Source: the human T2T-CHM13v2.0 reference genome, Homo sapiens
Direction: 5' to 3' (one strand)
Assembly (NCBI RefSeq): GCF_009914755.1
Contig: NC_060927.1
DNA: 64,000 nucleotides
Position numbers and translations under genes: made by a program. Shown in pieces: positions 1 to 23,030 of the stretch. Each line of letters begins with the position of its first letter. Within the stretch, counting starts at the first letter, position 1. Below the pieces are notes generated by a model, which was not told the DNA's origin, ran no database searches, and saw only the letters and a program-made list of their open reading frames with translations.

Positions 1-32
1 ATTATTATTATTATTAATTATTATTATATGTT

Positions 33-618
33 TTGAGACAGAGTCTCACTCTGTCGATCTCGGTTCACTGCAGCTTCCGCCTCCTGGGTTCAGGCGATTC
101 TCCTGCCTCAGCCTCTCAAGTAGCTGGGGCTACAGGAGTCCGCCACCATGCCCAGCTTATTTTTGTGTTTTTAGCAGAGACGGGGTTTCGCCATGTTGCC
201 AGGCTGATCTCAAACTCCTGGCTTCCAGTGATCCACCCGCCTCAGCCTCCCACAGTGCTGGGATTACAGGCAGGAGCCACTGCACCCAGCCAGATTATTT
301 TTAATTAATAAGAAAGTGAACCAGGCACAGTGGCTCACGCCTGTAATTTAGCACTTTGGGAGGCCAAGGAGGGCGGATCACTTGAGGTCAGGAGTTCAGA
401 ACCAGCCTGGGCAACATGGTGAAACCCCATGTCTACTAAAAATATGAAGATTAGCTGGGCCTGGTGGCAGGTGCCTGTAGTCTCAGCTACTTGGGAGACT
501 CGCTTGAGCCCAGGAGGCAGAGGTTGCAGTGAGCTAAGATCACGCCACTGCACCCTAGCCTGGGCGACGACAGAGTGACAGAGTGAGACCCTGTCTAAAA
601 AAAAAGAAAAGAAAAGAA
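33..618. mobile_element. Head-to-head Alu pair (33-291 minus, 320-618 plus); (ATT)n tail at 1-29
   Basis: Alu consensus motifs in opposite orientations, about 30 bp apart. Confidence 0.92.
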
Positions 619-720
619 AGTGAGTTATTTATTCAGATCTATTTTTATTGATTAGAAAACAGATGATAAGAAAAACTCCCTCTTTTTAAGAATGACAAAG
701 TTACATAAATAAAGGTAAGT

Positions 721-1073
721 CTGTGCTCTCCAATAAGTAGCCACATGTGGCTACTTATTTCAAATACTAAGTAGAACATGTGGCTACTTAGCATTTGAAA
801 TTTGCCTGGTTTGAATTGAAATGTGTTGTAAGTGTAATGTACAAACCAGATTCTGCGAACTCAGGACACATACACAAAAAAGAATGTAAAATATCCCATT
901 GGCAACTTTTACATCAATTACATGTTGAAATGATAATATTTTGGATATACTGAGCTAACTAAAATATAACTATTAAAGTTAATTTCGCCTGTTTTTTTTT
1001 TATCATATTAATGTAGTTGCTAGAAAATTTTTAATTACATATGTGGCTTCATATTTTCTACTGGGCAGTATTG
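721..1073 (+). mobile_element. MER33-like hAT-Charlie DNA transposon remnant
   Basis: ctgtgctctccaata...agccacatgtggcta...gaatgtaaaatatc...ttacatatgtggct...ctactgggcagtattg. Confidence 0.75.
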
Positions 1074-1202
1074 GGTTAAGTGATTACTTAGGGATAAAAG
1101 AAAGTATTAGCATGAGTGGAATCAAGCAGTTCATAGCATACGTGTTTACCAGTGAAAGCATTTTTTTTCCCCAGTGATAAGCTTAAATATCTCTGTGATA
1201 TC

Positions 1203-1569
<367 letters not shown>

Positions 1570-2341
1570 CTACCTTGCTAGGCTGCCACTACATTCCTAA
1601 GAACCACGGGAAAAGGCATTTGCTCCTCCGAAGAAATTATCAGACCAATTTCTCACTACTGAACAATGTGGACCGGGGTAACATATAAAGAACAGAAAAG
1701 TATCCAACATTTCCCGTGTTGGTTTCAAAGCAGACAGCATGGTTCAGAGCAGCGGGCACCGGTGCAGATCGCCCATCTCCACGGCAGAGGTGATCGTTTC
1801 CAGCGCAGCGGTGCAAAGCCAAAGGGCACCCACGAGTTCATTACATAATTCCTGGTAGCATGAGGCCAAGTGTGTATGTGCTCTAGGGGAACAGTCGGAG
1901 GCTCTGACAGGCAGAGCAAGGCGATCATGACTATGTTTTCACAAAGTGTATGCTAGCAGTTGTTTGGAAAAAGACTGACCAGCTTTTTTCCCCCTCCTTC
2001 TCCCTCTCTCTTTTTTTTGCTTGTAAACACTTTGGCATAATACTGAATGACTTGTTTTTAAGCTGCCTTAGCCTTGCTTTGTGAAGAAAAAGCCTGAGTA
2101 TCCTTTCCCTGTGGGGCACAGGTTGTTATTTTTGGAGCAGAAGTTCTTAGCCTGATCTCTGTCTAGATCAATTTCTGTCTTGATGAGGCCGAGGTCTGTG
2201 ACAGCTCCGAGCGTCCTCCGTGGAAGGAAGCTTCCTCGCTTGGTGGGGCGCATGGGCAAAGATGTTGAGGGGCCACGTCTGAAACTTCACTGCTCTTGGC
2301 TCCACGCGAAGGCTCCTTGGCATTCAGAGTCTGCTCGTTAG

Positions 2342-2810
<469 letters not shown>

Positions 2811-3399
2811 GGAGATGGCCCCTCTTTTAACCCAAGGTACTCCAGGTCACAGACTCCTCAGAGCTAAGACAGCTGCAGGATTTCTGCAAGCTATTCAGGG
2901 TGCATCTGCCCTGGCCAACACTGGAGTCCTTAGGGCCTCTGGGAACACATCTCGGGACTCAAAGCTCACAACATCCCCTCTGTAACCTGCTCTTCGTGTC
3001 AGGCTGCTAGAACCTGGGAGGAAACTGCTCTGACTTCTCACAGTTCCTCTGCCTGACCTGCTATTCCTAGGAGTTTACATAGCTTGAGGCTGATAGGAAA
3101 CAAGTAAAATTAGAAACAGATTAAACTACTGCATCAGCAACAAATTAGATGACAACGGTATGATCACTTCCTTGGAACACAGTTCTAGCTAGATATTCAG
3201 GGTACAGGGCTATGTGGAGAAAGACCCTAAGATGAAGGGACCAGTGGGGGAGGTGGCCCCGGCAGGTGTCCCAGCAGCTTTCGCCTTGGCAGGTGGGAGC
3301 ATGACCTATCGTGTGCAGTTCCTGGCGGGCTATACATAGCCAGTCAAAGCTTCTTACAAAAGAAACCTCTTTCACACCCTCCACGGGTCCCACCCACAG

Positions 3400-3512
3400 G
3401 CCACAGGACTCACTGTAAATCCCTTGGACGTTGTCTCACCCGGGAAGGGAAAGCAGCCAGCAGCCCTCCAGCCCTCTTGTGCTTTCCCTGGGAGTGCGCC
3501 CCGTGCTCAGCC
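3400..3512 (+). other. GRK7: Probable 5'UTR part of the first coding exon, entered from a splice acceptor (implies upstream non-coding exons)
   Basis: Pyrimidine-rich 3366-3396 ending CCCACAG|G at 3399/3400; second CAG at 3404-3406; no ATG between 3400 and 3513. Confidence 0.55.
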
Positions 3513-4124
3513 ATGGTGGACATGGGGGCCCTGGACAACCTGATCGCCAACACCGCCTACCTGCAGGCCCGGAAGCCCTCGGACTGCGACAGCAAAGAGC
3601 TGCAGCGGCGGCGGCGTAGCCTGGCCCTGCCCGGGCTGCAGGGCTGCGCGGAGCTCCGCCAGAAGCTGTCCCTGAACTTCCACAGCCTGTGTGAGCAGCA
3701 GCCCATCGGTCGCCGCCTCTTCCGTGACTTCCTAGCCACAGTGCCCACGTTCCGCAAGGCGGCAACCTTCCTAGAGGACGTGCAGAACTGGGAGCTGGCC
3801 GAGGAGGGACCCACCAAAGACAGCGCGCTGCAGGGGCTGGTGGCCACTTGTGCGAGTGCCCCTGCCCCGGGGAACCCGCAACCCTTCCTCAGCCAGGCCG
3901 TGGCCACCAAGTGCCAAGCAGCCACCACTGAGGAAGAGCGAGTGGCTGCAGTGACGCTGGCCAAGGCTGAGGCCATGGCTTTCTTGCAAGAGCAGCCCTT
4001 TAAGGATTTCGTGACCAGCGCCTTCTACGACAAGTTTCTGCAGTGGAAACTCTTCGAGATGCAACCAGTGTCAGACAAGTACTTCACTGAGTTCAGAGTG
4101 CTGGGGAAAGGTGGTTTTGGGGAG
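3513..4124 (+). CDS. GRK7: GRK7 coding exon 1 (aa 1-204): N-terminal helix, RGS-homology domain, start of kinase Gly-loop
   Basis: Kozak gccATGg at 3513; MVDMGALDNLIANTAYLQARKPS...RRRRS (PKA sites S23/S36)...FRVLGKGGFGE; donor GAG|GTAAGT at 4124/4125; 612 nt, phase 0. Confidence 0.98.
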
Positions 4125-4495
4125 GTAAGTGTCTCCCAGTAGCCAGGCTAGAAGGTGAAGCATAGAGCATGAAAGGGGGTAATGTTGCCTTTCTTTTTTT
4201 AAATCTCAGTTACTTAGAACTAATTTCAGCACCATATGTGGAGGATTTCTAGCCCCGTCTCCCCAGCCCCCTTCTTTGTGTGTGCCATGGTGTGAAATAA
4301 AACACAAATGGCATGAGAGAGACAAGCAAAATTTATACTTGGCCAAGACTCTGTCATGGGTCTCCATTAGGAACGTGCTGAGATGCCTGGACACTTCAGA
4401 GAATGATAGCAATGTGTGACAGAAGATCTCCGTTTCCCCTAAATTGTGATAATGAAGGCACTTCAAGAAAAATGGATATTTAAGAAAATACTCTA

Positions 4496-6124
<1,629 letters not shown>

Positions 6125-6461
6125 TAGAGCCTTGGACTTAATTCTTTTGGTTTTTTTTCCTAAAGCGCTTACGTTGTCATCTTGCCTTAAGATGAGTGGT
6201 GTAAGAGGATTAGATTCATTGGCTATTTGAGGGCTACTTTGCTCTCCTCTCACAGGGGATGGGGGAGCCTCCTTTGTGAGTTGGGGATGGCCTGTGCTTT
6301 TGTGATGAGATGGAAAAAGCTGAATCCATAGTCATGGTCCGGGTGTGTCAATAACCACCTCTATGGTGCTGTGTTCCTGAGCCAATAGAGCCTTGGGTTC
6401 CTTTTCTGGAAAATGAAGGGGCTGGATCCTAAAATTCCATGATCCTAGGAGGTAAACTTTA

Positions 6462-8067
<1,606 letters not shown>

Positions 8068-9965
8068 AAAGGCAAGAGTGATATAGTCATAGGAGCTGTA
8101 TCAGTTAGAGATGGGTTTCAGGGGCATATCCTAGAAAACCCAAATAACAATAGATTAAACAAGACAGAGGTTTATTTTTCTTATGTAACAGGGTGTGGAA
8201 ATAAGCACTTGCCAGCATTAGTTCAGCAGCTGCAGAATAATGGGATCTGCATCTTTATAATTCTAGCCTTTTCCATGTGCTGCAAGATGGCTGCTGTAGC
8301 CCCAGCCATCAGGGCCATGTTCCAGGTAGGAGAAAGGAGGAAGGGTCAGGAGTAAATAGGCATGCATGCAGCAGTTGAGTGTGGCCCCCTTTAGGAGCTT
8401 TCCCTGAAGCTCCATCCAACAGCTTTCACTTAGATGTCACTGGCTAAGACTGTGATCTGGCCACCCCCTAGCTGCAGAGGAAGCTGACAAATGACATTCT
8501 TGAAAATTCTTTGGTTAAAAAGGGAATTATAATTAAGCGATTATAATTACTGAATTATATCTGGGCTGAGGAGAAGATCACCCGGCTCATGTCCAGGCCA
8601 TGTGTGCCCACGTTGTAGATGTGGAACTTGAGGCAGGGGTGAAGGAGCGGGTTCTAGTTAGTAAGGATGAAGAACAGCTGGATATTGAGCAGGTAACTAG
8701 CAGCCTCTGCCACAGGAGCCAAAGAAGAGGATTTCAGGGAGGAAAGTGTGGTCAAAGTGTCAAGTGTTGCAAAGAGGTAACGTCGCCTGTGGGATTTGGC
8801 AATTAGGAAATCAGTGTAAGGGAATGGTGAGGTCTCAATTCAGACTCTGGAGGCTGGATTGATCTAGAAGTAGGGAATGAGACTCTGGAAGGGGGAGACT
8901 GGTCCCTAGAAGGGGATACAGTGGGGAAATGGAGTTTTGAGATGGGGAGGGCAGAGCGGGTTTAGATGCTGAGGCAAAAGCCAGCAGAGTAGGTGTTGAT
9001 CCTGTGGGAAGGAAAGACAGTAGATGATGGCAGAGAATGTGGGGAGGAGCTGAAGTAACACCGTCTCCTCTGTGGGTGGGAAGGAGGAGCAGGCCAGGGA
9101 GGTGACAGAGTGTTTGCCTCCTTGGGACATTCCTATGAACACAGGAACGCTGTGAATCGTGGATCCATGTCTGCCTAGGCTGGAGAAAACTGAAGTGCAG
9201 CACTTCACAGTTTGGCATTTGTATTGTCCATTGTGCTGAGCAGGAGCGTTCCTTCTGAGTCGCCCATGGACATGTATCACACTAATTGTTGCTATATCTC
9301 GACCTTGCTGGAGGCTTAGGGGACACATAGAGCTTTGGCTCACTCCAGTCTCCTTTCTCAGTCTCCTCAGGCTCTGTTCATGGGCCATGGCCATTTGGAA
9401 GGACAGCTCCTTCCTTGGCTCCCGGGTGCAGCTCTCTGGCTCATCTGGAACGTGCAGGAAGGTTTCTGTGCCTCCCCAGTGCTGTCCGCTACCAGGAACG
9501 TACTTAGTAGAGAGGCTCACTGCCTACAGACCTTTGGCCCTTTTACCTCTGCATCCCTCTCCGTCCCGTGAGACCACACTTCAGGGTTTAGGCCACTTGC
9601 CTCATCCAAGAAGTTTTATGCCCCAGTTTCCGGGCCTGCCACGGAAGCCCAGGGGACCATCAGGAAGGGTGAGGGGAGAGAGATGGAGAGCAAGATTGAA
9701 AGCCATAAAAAACAAAGAGAAGAGAAAGGAAGGCCTCCTTTCTTCACTGTTTACCCTTCTACACAGCTAAGTAAACCCCCTTAGTTTCCTATTCATTGCA
9801 GCTCCCACACATATAATTGGGCTCACAAGTAGATTGTAAGGTCATTATATTCACAACATTTCACAGAAAAAAAAGACAGATCATAGTTACAGGGCTTCTG
9901 TAACCACTAACGTTCAGTTGTGATGTCAAGATACTGTGTTAGAGAATTACTGTGAACATTAATTC

Positions 9966-10350
9966 TGTGGTTTGAATGAGTCCTCAAAATTTGATGTGTT
10001 GGAAACTTAATCTCCAATGTGGCAGTGTTGGAGAGGTGGGGCCTTTAAGAGGTGAGTGGACCATGAGGGCTCTGCCGCTGTGAATAGATGAATGGATTAA
10101 TGGGTTATCACAGGAGTGGAAATGGTAGCTTTATAAGAAGAGAAAGACCTGAGCTAGCACATCAGCACACTCAGCCCCACGCGATGCCCTGAGCCATCTC
10201 AGTACTCCTCAGAGAGTTCCCACCAGCAATAAGACTCTCATCCTCTCACCAGACATTTCCCTCAACCTTCCTTTCCTTATAAAATACTTTCCTTATAAAA
10301 TACTCAGTCTTAGATACTCTGTCATAAGCAACAGAAAACAAGTTAAGACA
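9966..10350 (+). mobile_element. MST (MSTC/D-like) MaLR solo LTR
   Basis: tgtggtttgaatg..gttggaaacttaatctccaatgtggcagtgttg..ggggcctttaagagg..agcaacagaaaac..taagaca. Confidence 0.75.
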
Positions 10351-10605
10351 GAAGAGGTAACAAGGAAAAATCACCCTGATGATGGAGGTTGAACTCTGCA
10401 TTGAGTCTGAGCAGTTCTTCCAGAAAAGTTAAGGCATCATGGCTTTGGAAATTTGGCTAGCTTTTTCTCATTCAGAGAGTTATTTAGTCTTGTATAAGTT
10501 GGGATTTCTTTCTACTAAATATAACAGAATACCAGATTTTGGTATAGATTTGGCTGTTCAGCAATTTCACGGACAAGACCTCTGTTAAAAATCTCCTGGC
10601 TTGCG

Positions 10606-13284
<2,679 letters not shown>

Positions 13285-14074
13285 CTACTGCCTATTTTAA
13301 TAGAACTGGAGGCTGTAATTGAATTTAGAACTTTGGACATGAGTCTTCCAAGTGGGTAACTCTTCCCTGGGTATGAGCTGTGCCTCCCTGGGGGGGCACA
13401 GGCCCTTTCTCGCCACTGAAGGACACTGGGTAAAGTACTTTGGATGTTGTTCTACAGGCAGTAGGGAGCCATTGAAGGTTTTTGAACAAGAAAGTGCCAT
13501 GACCAGAGTGATTCCTTAGGAAGATGATTCTGACACTATCTAAAATGAAAGAGAAAGAGACTAGAGCTGGGGAGAAACGGGAACCCACCAAGAGCTACTG
13601 TAATAATCTGCATATGAGGTAATGCGGGCCTGAGGCTGGGTCCTGGGCTCTAAACAGAGCTCAGCCCCCTGGCCTCTTACCTGGGCTCCATCAAGATCCA
13701 GACCTTTACATGCTTCTCTTAAAATGGGGCTGTCCTCAGTGGAGGGCTAGGGGACAGAGAACAGCTCCTAGAACACGGTGACTTCTGCCCCGTGGGGTCT
13801 TCTGGCAGCTGGTAGCTGGGTAGTGACTCCGGGAGGTGCTTCAAGGATGGAAAGGAGCAGGTCTGCCCAGGTTTGAGAGACTGAGGCAGACACGCAAGGA
13901 GATGCCGGGGCTGAAGAGCATTGGCCTGGGAGGCTGAAACCTGAGCTCTTGTCCCAGCTTCATCACTCATTCACCATGTCTGCCCTCTCAAGTGGGCCTT
14001 AAGACGTCTCTGCAATTGCTACCACTTTTGAGTCTATGAGATAGTCTTTGAATTATCTGGAGGAAAGAAGTTTG

Positions 14075-17663
<3,589 letters not shown>

Positions 17664-17902
17664 TCAAATAAGTATTAAATATCACTTATGATAAATGCTG
17701 GGAAGACATGGTACATTGGGCTCTCCAAGGAGGATTTGACTTAATATGTGAAAATCAAAAAGTAAACCACATGGGAAATTCAACTTACATGATACTAGAA
17801 GGAAAGGAATTCACTCAGCAAAGAGGTTCCGGTGGTGTCTCAGATTGGGCTCCCTGGAAACAGACTGAGACAGATTTACACATGGAAGATATTGGGGAGC
17901 TA

Positions 17903-18680
17903 TGATATTGTGAAATATGTGTTTGGTCTTCATCCCATTTTCTGGCATACAACTCCAAATCTTCAAAGTGAAAAGCATCTTTTTGTATATTAATGAGTTG
18001 ACTGATGGCTGGCAGCCCCTAGGAAGCTGCAGGATGGAGACTGGTCACCAGAAAAGCCAAGGTAGGATTAGAGGGTTAGGACTTTCAGCCTATCCCCCAA
18101 TGGCCAATGATTTTATCAATCATGCCTGTGTAATGAAGACTCCATAAAAACCCAAAAGGGCAGGGTTCAGAGAGCTTCCTGATAGCCAATCACGTGGAGG
18201 CTTCCAGGAAGATGAACAAGAACACATCCACGTGCTGGGAGTGTGGCTCACCCCAGCTCCATGGGGACAGAAGCTTCTGAACTTGGGACCCTTCCAGACT
18301 TGGTCCTGTATGACTCTTCATTTGGCTGCTTATTTGTGTCATTTAAAATATCCCTTATAACAAACCAGAAAACATAAGTGTTTCCCTGCATTCTGTGAGC
18401 TGCTGTGGCAAATTAATTGAACCCAAAGAGAGGTTTGTGGGGACCTCAATTTACAGCTGGTGGGTCAGAAGTTTTGAAGGCCTGGACTTGCCACTGGCAT
18501 TCAAAGCCTAGAGGCAGCCTTGGGGACTGAGCCCTCACCCTGTAGGACCTGGCACTGTCTCCAGGAGATAGTGTCATAATGGATTTGAATTAGAGGACAT
18601 CCAGCTCGCATCTGCTGCAGAATGGATTGCTGGCTGGTTTGTGTTTTGAGAGTATTGTGGGAGAAACTGAGTTTGTTTCT
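17903..18680 (+). mobile_element. MER21-like ERV LTR
   Basis: tgatattgtgaaatatgtgtttggtcttc..tggcatacaactcc..aatcatgcctgtgtaatgaagactccataaaaacccaaaagg. Confidence 0.7.
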
Positions 18681-20431
18681 TCTACTCAGGAGTGCTCTCC
18701 TGAGATGCAGCCATGAGGAAGGCAGGACTGGGCAGAGAGAACCTCACCCCTAGTGCGGTAGGCGGTGGGGACTAAGACCTCAGCCATCCTTCAGGGAGCT
18801 CTGGAGTTGGGATGACTCTTCTGAGTTGGCCCAAATTGAGGTGGGGTCCAGACTTGTGTATCCCTAAGGATGCAGTCAGTGACTGTGAGTAGCTGCCAGA
18901 AGGGGGCGGAAGCCTGGGATGCCATCCCCGCTGCAGAAGGCAGTTCCCAGGGAGGGGTGCAGCTGTGAGCCATCAGCAAGCAGTGGCCCCAGCCAGGCAT
19001 GGCTGCATAAATTTGGGGGCTCACTGTGAAATAAAAATATAGGGCCTCTTCTTCAAATATCGGGAAAAAGCCTCCTTTCATGCTCTATTTTTCAACCAGC
19101 CATGGGGTTTGGATTTGCTATTTAATGTCATACTTCCCCAGGCTCTGGGATACTCAAAGAGTGAGTAGAGACCCTCACAGACACCCAGGGCTCCAACCCA
19201 CGACTGGACCTGAGGAAGCATGTGCCTGACCCCAGCCCTCCCTGCACCTGAGTCCAGGCCCCTACCAGGCAGAAAGTGGCAATAGTCACTGGGTGAGGGT
19301 GGGGGTAGAAGTGGGAGGTGGGGAAGCAGACAGCCATGAACCCATCCCGGGGAGGCAAGCAGGTGGCAGGAGGGGGACTGTGTGAGCTGAGGCTCCAAGT
19401 ACGGCTCCATTGGCTTATTGGACTTCACTTAAAAGACACAAATTCAAAGATAAATGATTACAAACAGCATTAAACCCCAGTAAAGGTATGCCTCTGAGCA
19501 CAGGGCCCTGTCCATGGGCACTGGAAACTGGCCTGGCACCAGCAGCTGGAGGGTGGGGGCCAAGAACCTGAAGAGGGGATTGGAGCCAAGTAGCCCCCAC
19601 AGGTGGGGAAGAGCATTTCAGGCCATGGGAATAGTCTGGGCAAGTATCTCTTGCTTTAGGGGAAATGAAAAGGAAGCCAGGAAATGAAAAGCACATCGTA
19701 AGAGGAAATGTGGTTCAAATGAAGATGGAGAGGTGGCAGGGGCCAGACGGAACCTGGCATTATGGGCCATGTTAAGGACTTTGGGTGATCGTCTCTGATC
19801 ACTGGAAAAGCTGTGGCAGGGTTTCATGAAGGGGACAACATGTTTCAAATTTTGTTTTGAAAAGATTACCCCAGGTGAAGTGAAACAGATTGGAGGAGAT
19901 TCAGGTAGTTTGTGGTCTTTGTAATCCAGGTAAGAGGTGATGGGGCTCAGACCACAGAGGGAGTAGTGGAGACAGAACGCAGTGGATGAATTGGGGCGAT
20001 ATAATATTTCAGAGTGAATAGGCCTCAGTGATGGTTTGGATACGGGGTTAAGGGAGATGGGGTGTCAAGAATGATTTGTTAGATAAGGCTGTGTCACAAG
20101 CACAGACTTAGACCCTGAGTACTAAACAGGGAACCAGGCAAACAAAGACCCTGAATACTAAACAGGGAACCAGGCAAACAAATGCCTGCCTTCATGAAGT
20201 TCCAGGAGAGGAAAGGGATGGACAAGGACATGGGCAGTGATAATACGGTGTGATCAGGGTTGTCTGAGCTGGGTACATAGGAAGGGCACCCAGCCCAACA
20301 TGAGGACCTGGAGTCACAGGGTCAGGAAGGGCTTCCAAGGGGAAGGGACAACCAAGCTAAGACTTAAAAGACATGAAGCCAGACAGGTAAAGAGGAAGGA
20401 GCATGCGCTAGGTAAAGGGATCAGCAGAGCT

Positions 20432-20650
20432 CAATAGTCCTCAATGGCGGGTGATTGTGCCAAACTTCCTGGGGATACTTGGCAATGTCTGGAGACAGTT
20501 TTGGTTGTCATGACTGGGGAACTGCTACCAGCATCTAGTGGGTAGAGGCCAGGGATACTGCCAAACATCTTACAATGAATAGCACAGCCCCCAACACAAA
20601 GCATATTCAGCCCACAACATCCACAGTGCCACACTTGAAAACCCTGGCAT
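20432..20650. mobile_element. MER20 hAT DNA transposon
   Basis: ttggcaatgtctggagacagttttggttgtca..gcatctagtgggtagaggccagggat. Confidence 0.8.
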
Positions 20651-22439
20651 AAAGGCCTCGCAGCACAAGGCCTGAGGCTCAGTCGCAGAACAGAGTGGCT
20701 TTGCAGCTGGCTGCAGTGTGGAGTCATGAGGTGGGAGGGGTGACTAACGATACAACTAGAGAGTTTAGCAGACACCAGGCCCTAGGGGCTGGAGGAGTTG
20801 CACAAGGGGAGTTTGAACCTATTGGCAAGGGTGCTGGGGAACCGATGAAAGGTTTTTAGCAGGGAAGTGACAAAATCAATCTTGGGGCCAGGTGTGGTGG
20901 CTAATGCCTGTAATCTCAGCATTTTGGGAGGCCAAGGCACAAGGATTACTTGAGCCTAGCAGATGGAGACCAGCCTGGGCAACAAAGCGAGACTCTGCTC
21001 TATGTTAAAAAAAAAAAATAGCCTTGGAATTACATCAAAGAGAAGGAGTTAGAATGAGCACAGAAAGGCTGGGAGGGAAGCAGAGGACTCAGGGAACTGT
21101 GGGCTTGCACATTGTCTAATGGAGTCACGGGAATAAGGAGAGGCTGGGCCAGGGGGTCTGCAGGATGCGGCAGGAGGGGGCTGTCATGTGACATGATACA
21201 GTTCAGGGACCTAATGGTTGCCGTGTCATCTAATCTAATATAGACACATGTTAGAAGCTCAGAGCATTCATTTAGATCATGCGCAGCTGATGAAATATAG
21301 TCCTGCAGGTCAAGGAGAAAGGAGCTTGAGCATTTGAATCCTGGTTCTGCCACTTACTCTGGCTGCTGTGTACAGATGTGCAGGCTGACTCCCTGCATGG
21401 GAGAGTGGGGGCTGACGTCACATGGGAGGCTGGTTTGCTCCACGCACCAAGACATTTGGAGTGCCTTCTAATTGGCACAAATGTACTCATGGGTTGGCCA
21501 CAGCCCTGCACATGATCTTACGCAAGTCAGACTGCTTCTCTGAGCCTGCTTAATACTGCCTGCCTTTAGCGTTGATGAGAAGATTAAGAAACAAAGTAGA
21601 TAAATGCCTAGCCGAGGGTCAGCCACTTGGTAGGCACTCAAGAAATGATTGTACAAGAAGCTCCAGACCTTCAGTCACAATCCCCGCTGTTGCAATTGTT
21701 TCTGCCTCACCTGACAGGCACTGTAGTTGCTCAGGTGACCTCTGCAGCTGTGCTTTGTTCTCTGCGAGGCACAGGGAGCCAGCGGGACCCCAAGGCTGCA
21801 GCAGTGGGCAGTGGGTGAGCAGCTTGCATCTGGGTTGAGCCAAGCAGACACTCACAGTTGTCTTGCTTCCTCACAGCTGTGTGGGGTTTCATTTGTGGTT
21901 TTCTTCTGAGCATCTTAGAGGCACCGTGGAAAGTATGCCTCAGCCTGCTGCCAGAGAGATTCATAGCACATGAAACCACTGAAGAACACGCTCAAGTGAA
22001 AGAACGGGAACTATTGATCTCTGACCATGTGCCAGGCCCTGCCTTTCAGTCTGATGGAGTCTTGTGTAGCTGTCCTGCCTGAGACAACCAGAACCCAGGC
22101 ATGGTAACAACAGCCGCTAATACATACTGTGGTAGCAGGCCTGCTGTGCGCCAGGTTTTGGGTCGACACCCAATCTGTTTTATCGTTTTAATCTTCGTCA
22201 CAGTCCCATAAGGCAAGAACTGTTGAGGCTCAGAGGGGTTGAGTAAGCGGCTGTGGGTGACCAGCTTATAACTGGTAGAGCTGGGATCTGAACTACAGCA
22301 AACCAACGCCAGTGTGGGAGCCATTTCACCCCAGACTCTATGCCTGCAAAAAGTGTTATTGTGACGACCCCTCTTTTGGGCTCCCTGTGTGGGCTCTGTG
22401 AAATGGGTGTCCTTCCAGGGGTGTCAGGGAGAGCAGGAA

Positions 22440-23030
22440 GCCGCCTCTGATGGGATGCGCCCTCCCCGCCCAGGAAGTGGCGGCAGAAAGCGAGCCCTGA
22501 GAAGCCAGGGGCAGGAGCGGCCTCCGCGCGACACTGCGGCGCTCCTGATTCTGCGGCCTGGGGCCGAGCATGCGGGGCGGGCGGAGCCTCGAGCTAAGTC
22601 CCCTGGGGTCCCAGGGCCGCATTCCTCCGAGGTCTGCAAAGGCCACTGCTTAAAGGCGCAGAGGAGCAGCTGGGAACGAGAACAAAGCGGCCAGGCCCCC
22701 CTCGGAGGAAGGAAGGAGAGAGCCCCAGGAAACAGCTGATAGCGCTAAGCTCAGCTTGTTTTTTTCCTCTGCTCAACAGTTCTCCTGCCACGGCAAACAA
22801 AACATGTACATTCTGATTCCCTCTTCTGTTTGGATTGTGCTGTCGACTGGATCTGGTTTGTGATGAGCTGGGGGAAGAGGCATCCGCGGGCGATTTCTGG
22901 CTCGGCGTGCCAGTGTGCTTTTGCTGGGCCGCGCCGGGATCGCGGAGCTTCCTCTCCGGCTCCTTTCTCCCCGTCTGCGTCGCTAATCCAGCCTGGCCCG
23001 GCCACCCCAAGGGAAGACACGGCCGTTTCT
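22440..23030. promoter_or_regulatory. Intragenic CpG island in the long GRK7 intron
   Basis: Non-repeat, GC-rich, CpG-dense (ccgcgcg, gccgcgccggg, gatcgcgg); overlapping GC boxes GGGGCGGGCGG at 22574-22584. Confidence 0.8.

Noticed and set aside
3477-3524. TTG-initiated N-terminal extension, or an alternative start at Met4
   Set aside because: ATG 3513 has an optimal Kozak and gives the expected 553 aa
3436-4064. Minus-strand ORFs overlapping exon 1
   Set aside because: Antisense shadows of GC-rich coding sequence; no independent features
8835-9770. 204-aa and 127-aa ORFs in the long intron
   Set aside because: No domain similarity, non-ATG or weak starts, no splice context
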